Source: Convolutriloba macropyga (Eukaryota). From it: 64,000 bases of DNA. The notes under the pieces were generated by a model that did not search any database, was not told the origin of the DNA, and worked only from the letters and a program-made list of their open reading frames with translations. The position numbers were made by a program, and so were the translations under genes. The stretch spans positions 35,092,001 through 35,156,000 of the forward strand of contig NC_134481.1 of the NCBI RefSeq assembly GCF_964194025.1. Direction: 5' to 3'. Positions 8,912 to 19,300 of this stretch are shown one piece after another. Position 1 is the first letter of the stretch; each line of letters opens with the position of its first letter.

Positions 8912-9471
8912 TCTTCGTCAACTCTCCAAAACCTTTTTGATGAAACGTCTTGGAAGCGAACCATCTTTTTGGGTGCTCGCGTTACAGACGATGACGATGA
9001 AGTTTCATTCTCGTCCATTCTCGGTGTACTCACGTCTCCGTTATCAATATCCGTTCGCGGTCCCAGACCCCATAACAACCTCACATCAACCTCATCACGA
9101 AGAGAACCTAACTGGTTCTCATACATTGGCATTTTGGAAAGTTGATATGCAGCAAACTCCTCTCTAACACCCTCACTCAACATATCTGAACCAATGGGGA
9201 GATTTCCCAAAGATAAATTGATAACCGATCTCTCCGTTCGATAAAACCAGGGATCAACTTGTGTGTAGGGAAGCTCTATCATCGTCTCACTCCTACTACT
9301 GTTCACTTCAGCGAAGTTCTCCATTACAATAAGAGGAATAACAACCTTTCCAATTATTACCCAAGTGTTGTCCACTAATTTTTCATGTACAATAAACACA
9401 TCATCAGGATTCTCGTTGATAAGATAAACGTATCGCTCAAACTCACCCTTTTTCACAATTTTTACTTCCAT
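8806..9471 (-). CDS. Polinton accessory protein with acidic, motif-rich C-terminus
   Basis: ATG 9471 in ORF 8806..9525 gives 221 aa. It is the only antisense gene of the block and converges on the protease. C-terminus has STPR, KKMVRF and KKARRGRLF. Confidence 0.7.
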   Translation of the reverse strand: MEVKIVKKGEFERYVYLINENPDDVFIVHEKLVDNTWVIIGKVVIPLIVMENFAEVNSSRSETMIELPYTQVDPWFYRTERSVINLSLGNLPIGSDMLSEGVREEFAAYQLSKMPMYENQLGSLRDEVDVRLLWGLGPRTDIDNGDVSTPRMDENETSSSSSVTRAPKKMVRFQDVSSKRFWRVDEDQETDDECEYWVPIVKKARRGRLFDDSDDEHATTF

Positions 9472-9665
9472 TTCTAAAAAAAAGAGATCAGTTTTTCTCC
9501 TATCGAAACAAGAGTTCATACACAAAAAAAATCATCATCAAACGAAAACTTCATAACACTAACCTGATATCCTGCTGTTGTTTTTGCACAATGTAGCTGA
9601 TAAGAAGCGATAAAGAAATCCCTCAATAGAAGCTCTGAAGACAGTTAAATGAAGGAGTAAAGTTG
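9006..9665 (+). repeat. Direct repeat copy 2 of 1-660
   Basis: Identity with 1-660 ends at ...GGAGTAAAGTTG (660/9665), after which the two copies diverge. Confidence 0.95.
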
Positions 9666-10160
9666 AAGTTGAGAAATGTAACTCCGAAAAAAACCTGAAA
9701 TTTTCAAAGGTTATCAACTATTACACACAAAAAAAATTTTGTAATTGTAATAAGAATAAATTTACCAGGATGATCGAGTTTTGTTCCAAGTTCTTTACTT
9801 TAATCGCAGAAGAGATTCAATCAAACAATTATCTGAAAGAAAAATAGGACCATAATATATGGAGGAAATTATTTAATTATTCTCTTAGATAGTGGAACAT
9901 ATTCGACACAAACTTTTTCTGTAAATGGCAACAATTTAATTTGTTTTTAAATTGGAAATTGTCACCTATTTACAATTTGAGTTTGCATAAATTTTTATGA
10001 CAAGTCAAGAATTAACAAAACAACAAAACTAGAATAATTTTAACTGAGCAGAATAAAATCGAAGGTGAAAAATCCTTTTTGAGTAACTCAATAAACATAC
10101 AATCAGAAACAACAGATAATCAAACGCTTCCTCCAAACCCCCAATTTTTGAAAATGATTT

Positions 10161-10745
10161 AAATTTCAAAAACAAAAACTCAAGATGTGACATAATTACT
10201 CCTGGAGATAATTAGGGTAATTAAAAACCCACGCCAATTAATTTCACATTTTAATATGACCTAAAATTTCAAAACCAAAATTCAAGATGTCACATAATTA
10301 CTCCTCAGATAATTAGGGTAATTAAAAACCCACGCCAATTAATTTCACATTTTAATATGACCTAAAATTTCAAAACCAAAATTCAAGATGTCACATAATT
10401 ACCCCTCAGATAATTAGGGTAATTAAAAACCCACGCCAATTAATTTCACATTTTATTATGACCTGAAATTTGTAAACCAAAATTCAAGATGTCACATAAT
10501 TACCTCTCAGATAATTAGGGTAATTAAAAACCCACGCCAATTAATTTCACATTTTAATATGACCTGAAATTTGTAAACAAAAATTCAACCTGTCACATAA
10601 TTACCTCTCAGATAATTAGGGTAATTAAAAACCCACGCCAATTAATTTCACATTTTAATATGACCTGAAATTTGTAAACAAAAATTCAACCTGTCACATA
10701 ATTACCCCTCACATAATTACAGCAATTAATTACCCACGCCAATTC
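10161..10745. repeat. Subterminal tandem repeat, 101-bp unit, about 5.8 copies (probably within the terminal inverted repeat)
   Basis: CCCACGCC recurs at 10228, 10329, 10430, 10531, 10632 and 10733. Confidence 0.95.
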
Positions 10746-10800
10746 TATTGTTCTCAAGTAAACACTTAATAACTACACAAAAATTGATATTTTCCCCTCA

Positions 10801-10863
10801 AAATTTCAACCAATCAGGAGCGTCTCCGAACCTACCCCCCACATCTGCACCGACTATACTACT
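10801..10863 (-). other. Putative Polinton right terminus (TIR end)
   Basis: The minus strand starts AGTAGTATAGTCGGTGCAG. A CCAAT box lies about 50 bp inside. The next 6 nt (GACGTT) are the candidate target-site duplication. Confidence 0.75.
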
Positions 10864-12759
10864 GACGTTGTTACTAGGTGCTTTTAAACTTAGATTAGAT
10901 ATTGACTTTTTGCCGCGAAATCTTTGTTTTTGCTCATTTTATTTGTGAGCGCAGTAATTTTGCTTATTTCTCGTGAGCCCAGAAATGAGGCATGGCATTA
11001 TGAATTTTAATTAGCTTGGGTGGGTAATTATTTTCTCAATTATCTATTTTTGAGTACCTCATTTGTTTGACAACGAAGTCAAAAATGTAGATGAGCTCGA
11101 GTCGGAACATCATGTGCAAACGCACATTAACGATCCTCCTGCTTAATGCTGACAATTTAAACACTTTACACAATTTACATTTCAAATGAATAGTTAAGAA
11201 CTGAAGCCCAGCAGATTCACGCTAAAACGTTAACAAATTAAAATCTTTTTTTCACGATTTCCCCCAAAAATTGTTGTTCCAAAAAATTCCTCTTATATCA
11301 AACTAATTCAACGAAGAACACGAACAACATAGCCGGCAGATTGCCGGAAAAAAGGCAGATTGCCGGAACAGTTTTTTTTGTTTCGAAAAGCTTTCAAATT
11401 TGGCGCGCAGTTTCAGTTGGATTCAAAAACTATAATTAATTCAGCTACTAAGCTGAAAGCTAATAAGCCTAAAACCAATGTCAGCCAGCAAAAACTCTAA
11501 TGAACTTTGATAACCTAATTCTAAATGACTTAATATGACCGGGCTTTACCGGCTGATCCCATCTCTTTTGATTTTGCTTTTTTGAATTTGACCGTTTTCA
11601 CTATATTGCGTAATTCAATTCATGAAAGAATTTAAAATCCATTCAGTTGAAACAGTGAGTGAAGTAAGTCTCAAGTCGAACGTGAAAATCGTACTTATGT
11701 AAAACGAAAAACGTGATCAAAAGGTAAAGCGAATTAAAACATAGGAGGACAAGTCCTGACGTAAAATTTAGAGAATTTTCCTTGACTAAACAAATAATAT
11801 ACTTAAATCGACTAAATCGGAATTGATTGGGAAAACCATTTCCAAAAAATCAGATAAAAAAATTGCATGTGAACAAAAAACCACTAGCGAGAAAAAGAAA
11901 TTTGGTTCAAATAAAAAGCTACGCCCAGAATGAACTATGAATGGATTGGGAAAACCATTCAGAAAAAAAATTCAATCCAAAGAAAACAGTAAAAATCAAA
12001 GCGAAAATGCCGCGTGTGAACAACAAACACTAGCGAGAAAGCAATTTTTTGTTCAAACACCGTTTTCAATCGACTTTAAAATTAGAGTAAGAAAATTTCA
12101 CGCCGCACAACGACTCGCTTTTTCGCTCCACTTCCTGTTTCTGCGTGACCAAAATCACTACTCCAATTTGACTTCAAAAATCATGAAAATGTGTGAACAT
12201 ATCTTAAAAAAAGACTGCACCCCAATACAATTCAAATTCTTTGAATTGTAAAAAAAAAGGAGCGCGCAGACGGCAGCTATTAAAAATGAAACCAAAACGG
12301 CCGACTACACCTTTGCACGTTCAATTTTATAAATGTCCGGGTCGACAAACTCATTAGAATTAACCCTAAAACTGAAGCCTCTTCCAATTTTAGATGACAC
12401 GAGCTATAAAGGAACAACAATTTGATTTGCACAATCTGAAGAGAACAGCACGAAAATTTAGGGCATAAAGTGATTGCTGAAACTGTTTCCTCCACCCTCA
12501 TTTGTGAAAAAATTCTAAATCATAGCTAACCCCCAAATTTTTTGGGCTTAATTAGAAGAACCGGACATTATGAGTTCAGATTGTCAAATAACTCAAATTC
12601 AGAGCAAATATTTCCGCATAAAGGCCAAATGAGTTGTCAAAATATCTGTTTATGGACGTACGGGCATTAAAATTTGTCATAGGTGGCTAATCGCAAAAGG
12701 GAAAACAGTTCTCATATGTATCTAATGAATGAGAAATTCTATAGCATAAGATACACAGA

Positions 12760-13300
12760 TCAGACCGTCTGAGAGTCCGGCTTCTCAAGTTGCATTCCAT
12801 TAGTGTCTTTGTTCTTCTTCAACAATTGAACAACTTCCCCATTCAAGTGACTTCCTCTCTCTCCATTCGTCAGTTCATACTCAACATACAATACTGCATC
12901 GTGTACACTCGGAAACATGTTCTCAGCTCCGATTTTGTCCACGAAACCTTCCCGTTCCAACTTTTCCACGGTTTCCAGTTCGGCACACGTTATCAGGAAC
13001 TGGACTTCCAGACTTTTGCAATACTGCAACACTGTGACCAAAGCGATAACACCTGAATGGTCGATGAAATTGAGCGGTTCTCCATCTAAGATCAGGAACC
13101 TTAGCTTGGAATCGTCTTCTCTTTTCGGAGTTGTTGATGACGCCACACAGCCATTCATGCTACTGTGGTGGTTGCTACTGGAGTGACTTAGGCACTCGAT
13201 ATGCCGTTGTGATATCTCTTTCTTAATTGAAGATAGGAAGCTGTCCACGTTTGCAAAGTAGAGCGACATGTTGAAACGGAATATGATTGTCTGAGGAATC
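12760..13300 (-). CDS. SLC26: SLC26 coding exon 7 (STAS domain, stop)
   Basis: TTTTCAG|G ATT CCT (KIPQTIIFRFNMSLYFAN...FPSVHDAV...SQTV*). Confidence 0.92.
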
Positions 13301-16300
13301 CTGAAAACATAAAAACTACTTTTGCGATCTGTTTTCTCATCTTACCTCCTCATGAACGCAATGTTACTTATCATAAGCAGAATACATTTGCATATATGAT
13401 GATACTGCTTGATAATGGTATCTTTATCGTGGTTAAAACATTAAACTATTCATTACATAGATTGTTCGACCTCTCAAATTTAGATAAAAATATATTAGCT
13501 AACCTTTAGATGAGAAATCGTGCAAAGGACACAGAGCATCCAAATAATCGTTCAAAACTCAGTTTGAGAGCATTTAATTAAAATAGCTGGCAGCTTGCCA
13601 AAAAATACCTGCAATAGCCCCGCAGATCGGCTGTTTCAAAAGATAATGGAAAACATAGCCGAAAAACAGCCACGACATAGACCGCGAGGAGTGCTTGTTA
13701 AAAATGACACCAAGATCAAGACAATTTAAATATTGAGATTGAATTCAAATCCTGTGCTTATTTCGAAATCGATTTTTTTTAGAGTTTAAATTCTAAATTT
13801 AGATTTAATAAGTAAGAGCAAAGTCATTTTTTGAGTGAGTTAAGTTATGTGTGATCAAAAACATTTTCACATGATTGACCTAAACGTGAAAATGACGTCA
13901 CGCACACCAATTCAGTTGGCTGAGTGCAACCAATCACCAAAAAAGTCGCACTTTAACTTCTTGGCGCCATTAAACAAAAAGAGGGAAGATAACGAATTGA
14001 AAACACAGCAAGACAAGTTCAAAATTAAAATCCAAAGAACTGAAATCACTAATGAACCGTATATCATCATTTTTCTAGGAACATTCAACTTTGGCAATTA
14101 ACAAAGCATACGACCCTATATAGGCAAAACAAAAAATCTTAACAATTTTAAAAATCCTCTCCTTCCAAAATCATCTGAAACAATAAGCTTTTAGATAAAT
14201 ATAGTAGAAGGGCTTACAACAACCACAAAAAAAACTAACACGAAGCAAAAAAAAACATTGTTAATTTCCTCTAATACCTATAAGTATAAAATGCAAATGC
14301 TAAAGAGGCAATGCACAGTTAAGAATATATCATTATCTAAAATTAAAAAACATAGCCAGCAGACTAACGGAAAACAGCCACGACAGACGCTTGTGGCATT
14401 CCATGGAATGAAACAGCTAAAGAAATAAGATAGACAGATTGACCACCAGTCCTTTAATAGACCACTAGACTTTTTGGGTTAGATTCGGATTGTCATTTTT
14501 ATGAAACACATACGCTCTATATGGAAAATCCCTAATTGAGCTTTTCAAAATTAATATTCGAAATCAAAAACTCAAGACTCTAATACTCAAGAATTAGGGC
14601 ATATACGTTTGGCACTATTGATCTTCAACTAGTAAAGGTTCAAAGAAATTAAAGTTCATCAAGTGACTTCAGAAGTCATTTAAGGTAAGTCACGCAATTG
14701 ACCTAAAAGCAGAACAAATGACGTCATACATACAAATTTTAACTGCAAAGCAGAAGTCACTGAAATTGAAAAAAAAATGGTCGCAAGAATCATCGATGGA
14801 GACGACTAATTAAAAAAAACAAGGATGTCCCCAACTATAGCCGCTATCGCTTCGCGGCTATTGAACATTAAATTAGTTATTTAAAGAACTTGACCTTACA
14901 TGAGTAAAAGCAAGCATAAAGTTTCTTTGCACAATTTTTATGTAACAGCGTGAATATCTAGAATGTAACTAAAATTAGAAACGAATGCTTTCAATGAAAT
15001 CTTGTATATCAATTACTTTTCAGTCCTTCAAAAATTCTTTCCAAAAATGCTGCTTCACTTCTTTTTTCAACTACGCTCTCGAAATCTATTTAAGCCTGAT
15101 ATTAGAAAACGGACAAAAATAACAAAAAGTGAAATACAAAATTCAAAAATTCACTAAAACCTTTCTCAAATGGTGTCTAAATAAAAACACAACAGCAGAA
15201 ATTTGAAAATGATTCAACCAGGAAATCACAACTCATTAGAAAGCCCATGAGACAATTATTCTTGACATATAGCGACAATAGTTCACCAGAAGCAATAACA
15301 AGTACACGTTAAAAATCACAAGTCTTGAACTACAATTCGAAGTATTTTCATTGACGGAACAAACGATTAGACTTAGAAATTACTATGAATGGATTGGGAA
15401 AGCAACTAAGAAAACCGATCACAGAACTTTAAAAAAACAGTTCAAAAACGAAATCAAAATTTTGCATGCGCAAAAAATTCACATTCGAGAAGGCAAACAC
15501 TGTTGTACCACTCAGCTTAAATTTTAAAATGAAAAATTGGATCTTTTTCGTTTGTGCCCCCCCCTATCTTAGTGGGTTTATATTATTTGCGCCACCCCCC
15601 CCCGACGCACGTGCCATATTTTTACAAAATAATTTACTACCTAATGGCACGTGCTCTGTAACTGGGGGAGCATAACGTACTGGGAGGAGGGGGGGGGGCA
15701 CAAACGGAAAAGATCTGAAAAATTTCACGCCACAAAACACCTAAGTTTTTCCACTTCAGTTGCTGTTTTGACGTGACCGAAATCTCTACAACAATTGCAC
15801 TTCAAAAAGTATAGAAATGTGTGAATAGATCTTTAAAAAGAGAGCGCCCCAATACAATTTGAATTATGAAAAAATTTATGAAGTCATTACTGTTCATAAG
15901 ATGAGCTGTAAAATTAATAAGTCACCAAAAAACCAAAAAAAAGTGCAGAGAAGTTGTCACAGGAAAACCACGAAAATTTGCGCAGAAATATTAAAAATAA
16001 ACATAGTCTGAAGATTCCGGAAGCGACAAGAAGAGTTATCTCTGACTAAAAATAACCGTTCCAGAGAAATATTTTACACTTAAACCAATCACGAAAAATA
16101 CAAAATAAAAACAGCTGGCAGGTTGCCAGAAAACAGCTGCGATAGCCTTGTAGATCTGTAGTCACTTCTTTTAGCATATTCTGAGACATTTTGATTAAGA
16201 ATAAGTATAACTTGTTGCTGCTTCTAGTAGCTGCTTCTGAGTAACCTTCAATTAAAGGGACACAATTAGTTGACCTTATCTCCTTGAATTAAAAAGAAGT

Positions 16301-19300
16301 AATTTTTAAAGCGAGGAAAATCATTTTAGAGATTGACGTAAGTCATATGTATCCAAAAATTAACTCATGCAAATGAACAAAAAAGACACTACTAAAAGCG
16401 AGTGAAAAATCATGTTAGGCACGGCACGCATTACAGTCACAATTTCCGTATTTGAAGTTATGGTGGCATCAATGATCGAAACAACAAACTTGACGCTAAG
16501 TAATAGGCGTCTATTTGAACCACAATTATTACAATGAAACAAAACAATTGGCAACAAATTGCCCAATTGCCGCAGCATTGAAAATTTTTAATATAAACCT
16601 ATTCAAACCTCGAAAAAACTGCCTGTTCACAAAAAATTTCCGTTCACAGAACATTCTTTCACGCGTCAACTCGCTTTCTCAAAACAGCGGCATGAACTAA
16701 AAATCACTCTTTTCACCCAACTCCCAAAATTTGTTCAACAATCAAACTACTCAAAATTTAATGCATTTCATTTCCCGTTTCAATTCAGTCCAATAAAATT
16801 GATTATAAAAATCACGACTTTTTGTCGTAAAAAAGGTAGCGCGCCAATACAATTAATAGCCTCTGAGAGGCTGACGGCTGCTATTAAAAAGATACCAAAA
16901 AAATCAAAATCAGCAAATAATCTTCTGAAAAGCCCTACAAATCGCAACGTGCCAACGAGGTCTACGTTCCCATGCACACCTACTTTTTAATGTTCTCGTA
17001 AGAAGATATGTCCCTGTACTGCTTAGTGCCCACTACTTGTCCCAACTGAAAGGAGTGGGGCCTCTGAGACCTCCAGAGAACAGAGAGGAGAGACAGCACA
17101 ATTCCACAGATAAGACCATACGTGATGTTCATCAGGATTGTAAAGAGAGCAGTCAAAACCCAACAGACGAAGTCATACTTGGCGCTTCGGTACAACGACT
17201 GAAACAATAATGGCTTGATAATTAAATAAACAAGTGGGATCAGAAGATGTTTTCGGTTTTTGAGTATTCTCAGATATTCAATTTCGGAAAATTAAATTTT
17301 GATGGTAGAGCACTGAATTTTAGTTTATTTTGCCTCAAATGCATATATTGCCGCAAGCATCAATTTTAAATGGTTAGTTAGTCAACAAAAACCCCGATAG
17401 CAACTTTTTGATGGACTAACAAATACACGGCTCTCAGAGAAAACAGTGGGAAATTGCCAGTATCAGTCACCGTTGACCCGTGACCAAGGATGGTTTCACA
17501 CAGCGAAAAAAATTGGCAACAGTGTCAAAAAGTGTTCTAATTTGGTTCGCAGTTTTATCAGACTCAGGTGAATTCAGCCTCTAAATTGGCTTTTTGATAA
17601 GCGTAAAATGAATACCAAATTAGAAGTATACTAAAAGAAGCCTTGATAATTTTATGCACTAAGTCTTTCAACTTCATGTCTGTGCCCGGATCTTAATTGT
17701 TTTATCCGGTTTCTTCTTTCAATCCTTTTTTGAAACGAATTAAAAAGTATAGCCAGAACAATCTGGAATCCACTCAAATAAACCTTTACCATGAAGTGAG
17801 GGGGCTGATGTGGGAGAGGAATTAAGTGTGGGGGTGGGGGTCAAACTCTAAGAAATGTCCTTCACAGCATACGTCTCTAATACAGTTTCTGTGAATCGCA
17901 TACATGGAGACTAGTGAGCTGAAAGGGTCTAAGAGAACTTGATGCCCTTTGGGTGCTACCTGTTTATCAATTTTTTGCCGCAAGCATATATTGCCTGTTT
18001 ATCATATATTGCCGCAAGCATCAATTTTAAATGGTTAGTTAGTCAACAAAAACCCCGATAGCAACTTTTTGATGGACTAACAAATACACGGCTCTCAGAG
18101 AAAACAGTGGGAAATTGCCAGTATCAGTCACCGTTGACCCGTGACCAAGGATGGTTTCACACAGCGAAAAAAATTGGCAACAGTGTCAAAAAGTGTTCTA
18201 ATTTGGTTCGCAGTTTTATCAGACTCAGGTGAATTCAGCCTCTAAATTGGCTTTTTGATAAGCGTAAAATGAATACCAAATTAGAAGTATACTAAAAGAA
18301 GCCTTGATAATTTTATGCACTAAGTCTTTCAACTTCATGTCTGTGCCCGGATCTTAATTGTTTTATCCGGTTTCTTCTTTCAATCCTTTTTTGAAACGAA
18401 TTAAAAAGTATAGCCAGAACAATCTGGAATCCACTCAAATAAACCTTTACCATGAAGTGAGGGGGCTGATGTGGGAGAGGAATTAAGTGTGGGGGTGGGG
18501 GTCAAACTCTAAGAAATGTCCTTCACAGCATACGTCTCTAATACAGTTTCTGTGAATCGCATACATGGAGACTAGTGAGCTGAAAGGGTCTAAGAGAACT
18601 TGATGCCCTTTGGGTGCTACCTGTTTATCGCGTTTTTGAGGACCAAAAGTTAAAAGCGTCAGTCGAAAAATCGGTCCAGCGAAAAATCGCATAAAAAAGA
18701 GCTTGTTTGAGAGCAATTGAAAACGATACATACTCAAAACCTTTTCCATCAATCTTAACAATATCCTCAATTTCCAACGTTTGGTCACTTGTTTTTCCGA
18801 GATTTCCTGATCCCGTAGAAAAAACCTATGTAGAAAAACATTACGCGCTTAATTAATAAAGATTGTTAAAATTCATTCCGCAGAAGCTTTTTTATTAGTG
18901 TCCTTTATTACACATGAGTTCCTTTGATCTTATACTAACTCAAAGTAAACTTAAGTTTTAAAGCCCAAAAGTCATTTAAATGAGTGAAGTAAGTCACTTA
19001 TGTTCAAATCTAATCACGCAAATGACCTAAAAACGTTGGCTAAAGAGAGTGGGAAATGAAGTCACGCGCGCAAATGCCATTAGTGAGAGGACGAAATCAA
19101 TCAGAAAATTTGACTTTCAGCTTTGCTGTATGAAAAAATATAAAATATAACCGACTAACGCCGGGCGATTTGCTCTCAAACAACCGGCGAGCGGTTGGCT
19201 TCGTCAGTAGCTAACCATGGTTTAGTGAGGCTAGCTTCAGCTTAATTGAAGAGGCGTGAAGTGAGCGCAGCGGTGGAGGGCAACAGTGAGAGGGTTTTTT

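Larger units (their letters stand above)
1..10863 (+). mobile_element. Polinton/Maverick (adintovirus-like) endogenous element, right portion; left end lies outside the window
   Basis: Compact, intronless, overlapping gene cluster: packaging ATPase, rve integrase, penton, core protein, major capsid, adenain protease. Subterminal tandem repeats. Ends in ...CGACTATACTACT (reverse complement AGTAGTATAGTCG), the AGT-repeat terminus typical of Polintons. Confidence 0.93.

Noticed and set aside
554-9167. Short antisense or alternate-frame ORFs overlapping Polinton genes (e.g. 801-1061, 3775-4011, 5071-5322, 7716-7997, 8937-9167)
   Set aside because: They are shadows of well-supported genes in other frames and have no recognisable motifs.
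1-9665. LTR retrotransposon (direct repeats flanking an integrase)
   Set aside because: There is no gag, RT or RNase H. The repeat contains coding sequence and lacks TG..CA ends, and the gene set is Polinton-type.
9670-10160. Possible degraded ORF between the direct repeat and the terminal array
   Set aside because: Only short open stretches without a start codon or recognisable motif; I cannot support a gene call.
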